A stretch of DNA of 64,000 bases, taken from assembly GCA_017545485.1 (NCBI GenBank), contig JAFWMY010000002.1, positions 7,688-71,687 of the forward strand. Reading direction: 5' to 3'. The notes under the pieces were generated by a model, which saw only the letters and a program-made list of their open reading frames with translations, was not told where the DNA came from and made no database searches. This document shows positions 1 to 8,436 of the stretch, piece by piece. Source of the DNA: Candidatus Saccharimonadota bacterium (GTDB lineage Bacteria > Patescibacteriota > Saccharimonadia > Saccharimonadales > Saccharimonadaceae). Position numbers and translations under genes: made by a program. Every line of letters begins with the position of its first letter. The stretch's first letter is position 1.

Positions 1-189
1 TCGGCCTGTGCGGCTGGCGATACCAAACCTTCACATGTCTTGATGGCAAAAAGCGGAGATGCAGAGGTGGCGCACTCCTCTATTCGTTTCTCTTTTGGGT
101 TGAATAGCACCGAAAATGATGTGAATGAAGTAATGAAAGTATTGCCTGGAATTATAAAAAAATTACAACAGATAAGTACAATTAATTAA
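1..189 (+). CDS. cysteine desulfurase (class V aminotransferase, NifS/IscS-like), C-terminal fragment; 5' end outside window
   Basis: Frame 1 from base 1 reads SACAAGDTKPSHVLMAKSGDAEVAHSSIRFSFGLNSTENDVNEVMKVLPGIIKKLQQISTIN-stop. The S-A-C active-site loop, SHVL and IRFSFG motifs are typical of this family. Absent from the ORF track because it has no start in the window. Confidence 0.6.
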   Translation, partial: SACAAGDTKPSHVLMAKSGDAEVAHSSIRFSFGLNSTENDVNEVMKVLPGIIKKLQQISTIN

Positions 190-225
190 TACCTTCATAG
201 CGAAATAAAATAGCAAGAACGATTC

Positions 226-2838
226 TTATTTGTTCTGGCTTAACCACTTGTCTAAAAATTCGTTATTTGACGCGTCAGACGCGTTAGGAGCGGAGCTAGC
301 GACATTTGTGGAACCATGAGCGTTTTGAATAGAAGACGGCTCCTGAGGGCTATTAGAGGCCTCTGGCGCGATTTTTTCTGTAGCCTCTTGCTTGGCTTTG
401 TCAGTTGCAGACCAACGCTCTTGAATTTCTTTTTCTACCTCTGCACGAGTTTTACCGTATTTGGTGGCAGAATAAACCTTTAAGGTCTTCATTAACTCCT
501 CATTTGGTTCTCCCATTGGCGCAGGTAACTTCATAGTGAACGGAGCAGACGGCATATCGTACATCATCACTTTTGCAACTGCAGAGAAGTTTGGTGTTTT
601 TGTTAGATCCTCAGCTGTAAAGGTAGGAGTGAAAGCTTTGACCATAAGGTCCGCATCTGTAACACCAATACGTCCACAGATAATTGAGCCGACGTTGCCA
701 AGTAGTGCCTCCCTGATTTTCTCAGTTAGCTGAGTCATAAACTGGTTGGCCACGATAAGATTGAGACGATATTTACGTGCTTCAGAGAGGATAGATTCAA
801 ATGATTCTGTAGCAAAGTTTTGGAACTCGTCAACGTAAAGGCAGAAATCTTGGCGTTGGTCTTCTGGTATATCTTGGCGGCTCATAGCAGCTTGTTGAAA
901 CTTCATAACAAAAATCATACCGAGAAGATTAGAGTTGATGTCGCCAAGTTTACCTTTAGATAGGTTAACAAGGAATATTTTCTTATTATCCATTATTTCG
1001 CGGATATTAAAGCCAGATTTAACTTGACCAAGCGTATTTCGCATGATGGTGTTCGCGAGGAATGGGCCCCATTTACTAGAGAACCAAGTAATAACTTCGC
1101 CCGCGTCGCTAGATTTTTGGGAAGCTGGGAACTCTTTAGTCCAATAATCATAGACGGCTTTATCAGTGACATATTTAAGCTTGGATTTGACAAATTCCGG
1201 GTCAGTGAAGCACTGAGGAATATCAATAAAAGTAGCACCAGCTGGATCAGCCATTAAGAGGAGAGCGGCGTTACGGAACATATGTTGGCCACGTGGGCCG
1301 AAGAAGCCTTGGTTTTGTGGATCAAATAGAGATTGAAGCATGCTTATTCCCTCTTGGACAATGAAGTCTTTTTGATCTGGGTTGGTAAATTCAAACATGT
1401 TCATACCGACAGGATGCTCAATATCTGATGGGTCAAAGTAAATAACATCGTCAATTCTTTCCTCTGGAACTCTTTCTAACAAGGCGTCAACGGCGTCACC
1501 ATGCGGGTCAATGAAGGCAAAGCCTCGCCCGTCACACATGTCCTGGAAAGCAATATTTTCCAAGAAGACAGATTTACCCATACCAGTTTGACCAATAACG
1601 TACATGTGGCGGCGGCGGTTTTTGTCGTCTAGATAAATTGCTTTTTGATTACCTCTAAATTCATTAGTGCCGAGGAACACGCCTTCGGTAGTTAATTTGG
1701 CTGGACCATCAACTTCCTTAGTGAGCTGGCGTTCAACTTGAGAAGTAGGAATAGCCGACTGCTCCGGCAAATGAAAAATGCTTGCTAACTCCACGCTGTT
1801 CAAAATATTTGAACGGGTTTTTAAGGGGAAAAATCGGAAAATGTAGTCTACAATTAGTTTTTTAGTATCTTTTAGAGTGTTTACTTTAAAACCATTCTGT
1901 TCTGGCGAATTAAATTGCGAGAAGGCAGAAATAATACCGCCTGTAAGTGCCTCTGAGCGCGCCTTAGTTGCGGAACTTGAGACAACCCTAATTAACGTTT
2001 CAAAAGCCGGATAGCGTATCTTATTGTTGATAGCGTTGATTTCTTCTTGTTTAACATTGGTGACTATCTCTGTCTTCTTCTCATCACGTTCGGCAGGTGG
2101 TTCAAAGGGGGCTCTCATGACATCTATGACGAGCTGACCAAATAAAGCACCCCCGGTGGTGACTTTTTTGCCTTCTTGTACGGATTTAATATGTTCTTTG
2201 GCACCTTCTGACCAATTTTTGTCTGCAGGGCGGAACAAAACTTGTACAGCAATTCCCTCTCCTTTACTCAGGTTGGACATTGCGTTCAGGATTGCAAGTT
2301 GAGCGTCGCGTTTAGTGTCTTCGTAGGTTGCGATTGGTAAATAATAGTCTTTATTTAGAGTTAGCTCAGCACCAGTGACCGCCTCAGTACCGCCACCCCC
2401 TTCAAAGATGTTATCCTCACGTTTTTCTTCAACTCGGGCAGTAGGATAAGCTGATTGAATAGCCTGTTTAACTGTCTCTGTAAGAACGGCCGGAACTATA
2501 GCATAATATCTGATAAAACCGTCTTTTGCGATTATTTCAAAGGAAAAATGACGTTGTCCGTATAGTTTAGTCTTATATCCTTTAGTGATAGTAGAAGAAA
2601 GAATAGAGTACATAACCTGAGCTTTAGAAATAGCTTCATTTGCGACATCTCGCTTGTCACGACCACCTCCCTCAATGTCGTCGGTAGTTGGCGGTAAGTG
2701 AATAAGTAGTGGCACCATTTTGAGACCACGTTCATACCTTTTAGCCTTACGGAGTTTAGAAATTTTGGACCCAAAAACAATGGCGATGAATAATACTACT
2801 GATATCGCTATGATTAAAATCACCACCCAAGGTTCCAT
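226..2838 (-). CDS. membrane-anchored FtsK/HerA/TraD-clade P-loop ATPase (type IV secretion coupling-protein-like, VirD4/TraD family)
   Basis: 870 aa with an N-terminal TM helix. Walker A GQTGMGKS then FIDPHGD; Walker B-like LYVDEFQNF; ARKYRLNLIVANQFMTQL resembles the TraD/TraG C-terminal module. ATG preceded by a GGAGGAG SD. Confidence 0.6.
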   Translation of the reverse strand: MEPWVVILIIAISVVLFIAIVFGSKISKLRKAKRYERGLKMVPLLIHLPPTTDDIEGGGRDKRDVANEAISKAQVMYSILSSTITKGYKTKLYGQRHFSFEIIAKDGFIRYYAIVPAVLTETVKQAIQSAYPTARVEEKREDNIFEGGGGTEAVTGAELTLNKDYYLPIATYEDTKRDAQLAILNAMSNLSKGEGIAVQVLFRPADKNWSEGAKEHIKSVQEGKKVTTGGALFGQLVIDVMRAPFEPPAERDEKKTEIVTNVKQEEINAINNKIRYPAFETLIRVVSSSATKARSEALTGGIISAFSQFNSPEQNGFKVNTLKDTKKLIVDYIFRFFPLKTRSNILNSVELASIFHLPEQSAIPTSQVERQLTKEVDGPAKLTTEGVFLGTNEFRGNQKAIYLDDKNRRRHMYVIGQTGMGKSVFLENIAFQDMCDGRGFAFIDPHGDAVDALLERVPEERIDDVIYFDPSDIEHPVGMNMFEFTNPDQKDFIVQEGISMLQSLFDPQNQGFFGPRGQHMFRNAALLLMADPAGATFIDIPQCFTDPEFVKSKLKYVTDKAVYDYWTKEFPASQKSSDAGEVITWFSSKWGPFLANTIMRNTLGQVKSGFNIREIMDNKKIFLVNLSKGKLGDINSNLLGMIFVMKFQQAAMSRQDIPEDQRQDFCLYVDEFQNFATESFESILSEARKYRLNLIVANQFMTQLTEKIREALLGNVGSIICGRIGVTDADLMVKAFTPTFTAEDLTKTPNFSAVAKVMMYDMPSAPFTMKLPAPMGEPNEELMKTLKVYSATKYGKTRAEVEKEIQERWSATDKAKQEATEKIAPEASNSPQEPSSIQNAHGSTNVASSAPNASDASNNEFLDKWLSQNK

Positions 2839-2910
2839 AATTAAATACTCCTCCTCAGATGGCCACTAAGAGAGGCATTATTGTTGTAAAAAATACTAAA
2901 ACAGATAAGC

Positions 2911-3444
2911 TTAACCATTTCCTAATTTCCTCCCAAAGCTGTTTTCAAGGTACGCATTAGTCGCCTCCCATTTTAAGTCATTCAAATCTGCAGGGGTAAT
3001 CTCACCACTTTTAAACTTGTGGACTGCTTTTTCGGTAGTTTCTAGTGTGCCTTTGGAAATAAAATTATTTCTCTCTTTGATGGTTGAAAAATCTAAAATC
3101 GTGTCTGATTTCGGCTCATTTTCTTTTTCGGCGGTAGGAATTTCGGTGATTTCTGGATATCCCGGTGGCATGTCTGGATTTATCATTTGATTTGGAGCAC
3201 TGTCTTGAGCTTCTGGATTAGGGATGGCGTCTGTTTCAAGCGAAGATGTAATTACTTCACTACCAATTTTGCGTGAATCCCGTTCAGGAGTTTGGCCCCA
3301 AGTTGCGGCACCGCTACTGTTTAAATCAAGATTATTTTCTGACTCGTAATTATTGTTAGACTCTTGATTTGTGCCTACGCCAGACGTAAAAAAAGCATCA
3401 GTCGGTTGACCGCTAGGGGTAGATTTTGATTGACCATAGTCCAT
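2911..3444 (-). CDS. hypothetical protein, low-complexity N-terminal half
   Basis: 177-aa ORF with an ATG start, co-oriented with its neighbours. No recognisable motif. Confidence 0.5.
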   Translation of the reverse strand: MDYGQSKSTPSGQPTDAFFTSGVGTNQESNNNYESENNLDLNSSGAATWGQTPERDSRKIGSEVITSSLETDAIPNPEAQDSAPNQMINPDMPPGYPEITEIPTAEKENEPKSDTILDFSTIKERNNFISKGTLETTEKAVHKFKSGEITPADLNDLKWEATNAYLENSFGRKLGNG

Positions 3445-3463
3445 ATGCTTATTTTATCATACT

Positions 3464-3817
3464 TTATATTCTTTTGTATACTAAAAATTCGGCTAAAGCC
3501 ACAAAAATAATGATTAAACTGATCGTCCAGAGGTTAATTGCGCCAAATGAGCGAGCCATAAGCAGCATAATTGGAGCAAAAGCTGCGATTGCTGAGTACA
3601 AATAGTCCTTGTTTCTAGTGGCCGTCTTTTTAAAAGCAACCTTCACAAAGAGCTGGAGCATGAAAGTAGCAACGCCAAAACATACCACATATAATGTTGT
3701 AAAAAATAACAAAACCCCGAACGGTCCTATTTCCGTCGGAGATGTCAGGTTGATCATAAGAATTAATGCTGCGAGTCCGATAATACTTACGATCAGTACA
3801 ATGCGGTTACGTTTCAT
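3464..3817 (-). CDS. small integral membrane protein (3-4 TM helices)
   Basis: 117 aa, strongly hydrophobic segments. TGATACAAT extended -10 (3824-3832) lies 6 nt upstream of the ATG with no SD, so the mRNA is possibly leaderless. Confidence 0.6.
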   Translation of the reverse strand: MKRNRIVLIVSIIGLAALILMINLTSPTEIGPFGVLLFFTTLYVVCFGVATFMLQLFVKVAFKKTATRNKDYLYSAIAAFAPIMLLMARSFGAINLWTISLIIIFVALAEFLVYKRI

Positions 3818-4352
3818 AACTTCATTGTATCATATTTAGTCCATGCCCCCAAGAATAATGTTTTTAGGGAGGAAGCGGGGGGTTATCCGGCTCTTAAAAT
3901 CTTAACTATTTACCGCAACCCCTGTCGCTATCCCTTTTGACCGCTTCACGCTAGGTGAAGCAAATGTCCTTATAGTTCTATTTCTTTCGCTCTTGTTTAT
4001 GTATTTAGAATGTGCTAACGAAAGATTTAACTATGCGCTCTACGCTTTTCCCTTTGTCGGGATTTGGCGGAGCTCTAGGTAATTCCTATTGGTGTAATTT
4101 ATGGCTAGAAATTACCTTTTTGCCCGCCAAATATTACGTTTGATACTTTTTCATGTTGGTAAGGTTCCTTTTGGTTTGCTGTTTTTATTTGAGTCATCAC
4201 GACTATTTTCATCGTATCACATTCTTACAAAAAAAGCAATAGTTTTATACAGGTTTTTCGCTGTAAAATTTACAACATTGTTCCCTATTTATCTCTGTAT
4301 AATTTTATTATTCATTTTGTTGTATTTTTTACAACATTTATGCGTTTTTGGT

Positions 4353-4378
4353 TTAAAAAATTGCCATAATAATGGCAT
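4353..4378 (-). terminator. rho-independent terminator of ssrA
   Basis: Hairpin tgccat/atggca (4362-4367 / 4372-4377) followed on the minus strand by a T-run (plus-strand A-run 4355-4360). It starts about 12 nt after the tmRNA CCA end. Confidence 0.7.
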
Positions 4379-4389
4379 TTTATAAAACT

Positions 4390-4748
4390 TGGTGGAGCTG
4401 CCGGATACTGCCTCCGGGTCCGAAATATCACTGGGTCATAATTCTACGCGCATAGTTCCTTGTTTCGTCTTGGCAAGTATCGTTAGCTGCAAGAAACAAA
4501 ACTAACGAACACCATGGCTAAATTTTCGTGTTAAATTTCGCCAATCAAATAACCTTATTTCCGTCATATGATAATTTTGATGCTACGGAAACTTGCACCA
4601 AAACCAGCCTAGAAAATAATATTAGGCATAAGCTGGCATGTACATGACATGCGCAGTTTTAGTGTTTTTAGCACTTATTCAATACTTACGGTATTTAATC
4701 GACGCGCCTTACAACTGTTAATATCCCGTCTAAGCTATGATCAGCCCC
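4390..4748 (-). ncRNA. ssrA: tmRNA (transfer-messenger RNA)
   Basis: The minus strand begins GGGGCTGATCATAGCTTAGACGGGA and ends ATTTCGGACCCGGAGGCAGTATCCGGCAGCTCCACCA. The 5' GGGGCTG pairs with the 3' CAGCTCC, including the G3:U pair used as the AlaRS identity element, and CCA is encoded. Candidate tag ORF GCT AAA AAC ACT AAA ACT GCG CAT GTC ATG TAC ATG CCA GCT TAT GCC TAA lies at plus 4672..4622. Confidence 0.9.
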
Positions 4749-4759
4749 AACTGCCTATA

Positions 4760-4788
4760 ATTATACCACAAGAGGAACAACAGAGCAA
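4760..4788 (-). promoter_or_regulatory. candidate ssrA promoter
   Basis: On the minus strand: TTGCTC (4783-4788), a 17-nt spacer, then TGGTATAAT (TATAAT at 4760-4765). An 11-nt leader precedes the mature G1. Confidence 0.55.
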
Positions 4789-4790
4789 GA

Positions 4791-4828
4791 AAAAGACCGG
4801 TAACTGCGAGGAAAACCGGTCTTTTTGT
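4791..4828. terminator. orphan terminator-like hairpin with A/T runs on both sides
   Basis: Stem agaccggt (4794-4801) / accggtct (4815-4822), flanked by aaaa upstream and ttttgt downstream. No obvious upstream transcript on either strand. Confidence 0.4.
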
Positions 4829-5105
4829 AGAGTGTGGAGTTATTTTGGCTAAATTTTTGTTTTGACCTTTTGAATAATTTTTTTATTCAAAAGCTATCTC
4901 TATAATATCGCGAAAAAATGCTTATGTCAACACTTTTTTGATATTTTTTTTATACATTTTTTGCGAGTTTTCCACAGGCTTTATCTATACTCCTCATATG
5001 ACATTTTTTACGTTTTTGCTTTTTAAAATTCTCATGCAAATAAAATTTAGCGTAAGCACTTTTAAAACGTTGCTTTGGCCATTATGACGTGGTAGAAAAA
5101 CTCAC

Positions 5106-6608
5106 ATGATAGCAAAAATTCATTCATTAATTCCCTACGGTTTTGACGCAAAATTGGTTGAAGTTGAAGGCGATATGAATCGTGGACTTCCAGCTTTTAA
5201 TATTGTAGGAATGGCAAACAAAACAATTAATGAGTCTAAGGAACGCGTGAGAAGTGCTGTGGTTAATTCTGGTTTTTCGTTTCCTGATAAAAAAGTGACA
5301 ATTAATTTAGCGCCGGCGGGCTTGCAAAAGGATGGAGCTTATTTGGATTTGCCAATTGCGTTGTCTATAATGCTGCTTTCTGGACAATTAATTAGAGATG
5401 ACATAAAAGACAAGGTGTTTGTGGGTGAACTGTCTTTAAATGGCGAAATACGACCGATAAAAGGCATAATTAATATCGTGGAGGCGGCAAAAAAGGCACA
5501 TTTTCGTGAAATATTTGTGCCAATAAAAAACCTCTCACAAGCATCATTGATATCAGGAATCACCATTTATGGTGTTAGTTCTTTGCGGGAATTATATTTA
5601 TCATTTAAAAACCAGGTTTCATTAGTTTCTTCAGATACAATAAACATAGCTTACTCTAAGCAAGAGATAAACGGACCATTTTTAGATTATGTTCTTGGCC
5701 AATCTTTAGCAAAAAGAGCTATAGAAATAGCTATAGCTGGCCATCATAATTTGCTAATCTCTGGGCCTCCAGGGTCTGGAAAAACGCTACTTGCAAAAGT
5801 AGCATCTAATCTGTTGCCCGATTTATCTCCGCAAGAGATGATTGATATCACGAAAATTTATTCTATCGCAGGACTGACAACGGATGAAATAATCGGAGTT
5901 CGCCCTTTTAGAGCACCACATCACAGCGCAAGTGCAACATCGGTGATAGGAGGCGCAAATGGGCCTGGTGAAATTTCCTTGGCTCACAAGGGAGTGTTGT
6001 TCTTAGATGAAATGCCGGAATTTCCAAGATCAGTACTTGAAGCATTGCGACAGCCACTAGAGGATAAGTGCATCTCAGTATCGCGAGTTGGAAACAAAGT
6101 TATTTATCCTGCAGATTTTATGTTAATTGGTACGATGAACCCATGCCCCTGTGGCTATTTAAATGACCCTACGCATGAGTGTAAATGCACTGAAACACAA
6201 ATTCAGAATTATAAGAAAAAACTATCTGGTCCTTTATACGATAGAATTGACATGAATATTGTAGTGGATAGAGTAAACAACCGAGAGTTGCGCGAAAATC
6301 TTCCTCCAACAAACCATGAGCATAATGTTGTAAAAAATACTATAACAGAGGCAATATCGCGTCAAAGAGCGAGATATAAGCAAGACGGTATGTATAATAG
6401 TTCCCTTTCTTCTTACCAAGTGACGCAGCTTTTAAAGCTAGAGTCAGCTGCCGAAAAATTACTCGCTAATGCTTCTGAAAGACTTAGCCTTTCGGCACGT
6501 TCGTATTTTAAGACGATTAAAGTAGCCCAAACGATTGCTGACTTAGAAAAATCGGATGTTATTCTAGTAAAACACCTTGCAGAAGCGTTGACTTTTAGGA
6601 GCAGATAA
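5106..6608 (+). CDS. comM: YifB/ComM family Mg-chelatase-like AAA+ ATPase
   Basis: 500 aa. The N-terminal Lon-protease-like domain starts IHSLIPYGFDAKLVEVE. Walker A GPPGSGKT. Also GVLFLDEMPEF, the Cys cluster NPCPCGY...HECKC, and LSARSYFKTIKVAQTIADL. Confidence 0.9.
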   Translation: MIAKIHSLIPYGFDAKLVEVEGDMNRGLPAFNIVGMANKTINESKERVRSAVVNSGFSFPDKKVTINLAPAGLQKDGAYLDLPIALSIMLLSGQLIRDDIKDKVFVGELSLNGEIRPIKGIINIVEAAKKAHFREIFVPIKNLSQASLISGITIYGVSSLRELYLSFKNQVSLVSSDTINIAYSKQEINGPFLDYVLGQSLAKRAIEIAIAGHHNLLISGPPGSGKTLLAKVASNLLPDLSPQEMIDITKIYSIAGLTTDEIIGVRPFRAPHHSASATSVIGGANGPGEISLAHKGVLFLDEMPEFPRSVLEALRQPLEDKCISVSRVGNKVIYPADFMLIGTMNPCPCGYLNDPTHECKCTETQIQNYKKKLSGPLYDRIDMNIVVDRVNNRELRENLPPTNHEHNVVKNTITEAISRQRARYKQDGMYNSSLSSYQVTQLLKLESAAEKLLANASERLSLSARSYFKTIKVAQTIADLEKSDVILVKHLAEALTFRSR

Positions 6609-7171
6609 TGTATAATTACTCTCAGGTTAATTCAAGAGAAGAAAGGACTACTATAAAAAACAATTCACGAACTAGGTTAAACGGAGAAATTCGTTATCCA
6701 GAGGTTCGCGTTATAGGTTCAGATGGGGAGCAACTAGGCATTATGTCTAGTCGTGATGCCCAGCTTCTTGCGAAAGAACAGGGAGTGGATTTAGTAGAGA
6801 TTGCTGCTAACGCCAATCCGCCGGTCGTTAAAATAATTGATTGGGGAAAATACCAATACCAGAAGATGAAAGAAGAGGCTAAGAACCGTAAGAAGGCTCG
6901 TGAAAAACAATCCGAGTTGAAACAGATGAAGATTGGCCTTAAGATTTCAGACAACGACCTTAACATTAAAGTCCGTAAAATGCGTGCTTTTCTAGATGAT
7001 GGCGACAGAGTAAAGATTATGATTGTCTTTAAAGGTCGCGAGATGGCTCACAAGGAACTAGGTACAGATTTACTAAACAGAGTTCTAGGCCTACTTGGCG
7101 ATGACGTCATAACAGAAGGCAAGCAGCAAATGAGCGGGCGGAACTTGTCGGTACAAGTTCGCAGAAAATAA
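6608..7171 (+). CDS. infC: translation initiation factor IF-3
   Basis: [63 protein letters not shown] matches IF-3. The real start may be the in-frame ATA at 6653, which follows an AAAGGA SD (see findings). Confidence 0.9.
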   Translation: MYNYSQVNSREERTTIKNNSRTRLNGEIRYPEVRVIGSDGEQLGIMSSRDAQLLAKEQGVDLVEIAANANPPVVKIIDWGKYQYQKMKEEAKNRKKAREKQSELKQMKIGLKISDNDLNIKVRKMRAFLDDGDRVKIMIVFKGREMAHKELGTDLLNRVLGLLGDDVITEGKQQMSGRNLSVQVRRK

Positions 7172-7268
7172 CCAGATAGAATTCGGAAGAAGTATTTTCC
7201 TACTTCCACGGTTCCCTGGTAGCACATTTTGGGGGATTAATAATATTAACCAAACGAAAGGAAAGTTT

Positions 7269-7463
7269 ATGCCAAAACTAAAAACGCATAAAGGTACTGC
7301 CAAAAGAATCAAGATTACTGGTTCTGGCAAATTGGTACGCGAGCGAGCATTTGGAAATCATATTCTCGCCAAAAAATCTAAGGCCAGAAAGCGCAACATG
7401 AAAACTGCTGCTACAATTAATGGCAAAATTAATAAGAATATTAAGAAAGCTTTGGGGGTTTAA
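7269..7463 (+). CDS. rpmI: 50S ribosomal protein L35
   Basis: [22 protein letters not shown]... with the canonical infC-rpmI-rplT gene order. Confidence 0.95.
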   Translation: MPKLKTHKGTAKRIKITGSGKLVRERAFGNHILAKKSKARKRNMKTAATINGKINKNIKKALGV

Positions 7464-7465
7464 TT

Positions 7466-7813
7466 ATGAGAGTTAAAAGAGGTGTCGCAGCACATGCGAA
7501 ACACAAGAAATTGTTATCTGCTACCAAGGGTATGCAACACTATCGCCGACGTAGTTTCCGCTTAGGCAAACAGGGTGTTATTAAAGCCCTACAATACAGC
7601 TACAGAGATCGTCGCAACCGCAAACGCGATTTGCGTGCTTTATGGATTACTCGCATTAACAATGCTTCTCGCGAGTTAGGTCTTTCCTATTCGCAGTTGA
7701 TTGCTGGTATGAAAGCTAAGAACATCAATCTTGATCGTAAAGTTCTTGCCGATCTTGCCGTAAACAATCCTGAGGCATTTAAAGCAATTGTAAATACAGT
7801 GAAGGAGAAATAA
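7466..7813 (+). CDS. rplT: 50S ribosomal protein L20
   Basis: [17 protein letters not shown]...[22 protein letters not shown]. Confidence 0.95.
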   Translation: MRVKRGVAAHAKHKKLLSATKGMQHYRRRSFRLGKQGVIKALQYSYRDRRNRKRDLRALWITRINNASRELGLSYSQLIAGMKAKNINLDRKVLADLAVNNPEAFKAIVNTVKEK

Positions 7814-7814
7814 G

Positions 7815-8042
7815 ATGGCGATTTGTGAAGTTACTGGAAAAGGCAAAATGTATGGTCACAATGTTTCCTTCTCTCAGAGGCACACACGTAAGGTGTTTAA
7901 GCCAAATGTAAGTAAGAGAACTTTAGTGATTAACGGTCAAAAAGTGAAATGCAATGTTTCTACTTCTGCACTACGCACTTTGAAGAAGAAAGGTTTAATT
8001 GAAAGCCCTAAAGCTCGCGCTGAGAAAAAAGCGAACAAATAA
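7815..8042 (+). CDS. rpmB: 50S ribosomal protein L28
   Basis: MAICEVTGKGKMYGHNVSFSQRHTRKVFKPNV. Confidence 0.9.
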   Translation: MAICEVTGKGKMYGHNVSFSQRHTRKVFKPNVSKRTLVINGQKVKCNVSTSALRTLKKKGLIESPKARAEKKANK

Positions 8043-8058
8043 TTATCACTTTATATAC

Positions 8059-8087
8059 AAAAATCCACCCTTTCGGGTGGATTTTTG
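8059..8087. terminator. bidirectional rho-independent terminator (rpmB on plus, rnpB on minus)
   Basis: aaaaATCCACCC tttc GGGTGGATtttt; stems at 8063-8070 / 8075-8082 with A- and T-runs on both sides. Confidence 0.8.
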
Positions 8088-8424
8088 ATATGAGCCATCG
8101 TTAAGCCGGGTTCTGTAACTCTGCAAGCAGAGTTGGCAATCATCTATCTTGGCGCTACATTGCTATAACGCTCTAGCGGTGAACGTGCGTCCTCGAGCAG
8201 AGGCTGATAGCACTCCTTGCAACAGGTAGGGTTTGCCTCCGATATGCATCGCTACATATCGCTGTGGGCTCTTACCCCACTCTTTTCACCATCGCCCATT
8301 GGGCAGTTTTGTTTCTGTGGTACTTTCCCTATCCTTGCGGACGGTCGCCGTTAGCGACTACCTTGCTCTATGTTGCCCGGACTTTCCTCTTTTTAACAAG
8401 CGATTGCCTTTCAGGCTCCCCTAT
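8088..8424 (-). ncRNA. rnpB: RNase P RNA, bacterial type A
   Basis: The minus strand contains GAGGAAAGTCCGGGC (P4 5' strand), CCACAGAAAC, GGTGAAAAGAGTGGGGTAAGAGCCCAC, CAAGATAGATGATTGCC and ACAGAACCCGGCTTA (P4 3' strand). 5' GAGCC pairs with 3' GGCTC (P1). TGATATAAT sits at 8425-8433, just upstream. End coordinates are good to about 5 nt. Confidence 0.9.
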
Positions 8425-8436
8425 ATTATATCATAT

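Noticed and set aside
4101-4385. 94-aa plus-strand ORF downstream of ssrA
   Set aside because: Leu/Phe/Ile-rich product typical of random AT-rich sequence. It has no SD and overlaps the ssrA terminator.
4968-4976. DnaA-box-like TTTTCCACA in the AT-rich region upstream of comM (possible oriC)
   Set aside because: It is a single 8/9 match with no cluster of boxes and no dnaA/dnaN nearby. The parAB genes are 17 kb away. The evidence is insufficient.
7172-7268. Possible L20/L35 leader regulatory structure between infC and rpmI
   Set aside because: Only a weak hairpin (GGAAG...CTTCC) is visible. I cannot show the pseudoknot or 23S-mimic features of known L20 leaders from the sequence alone.
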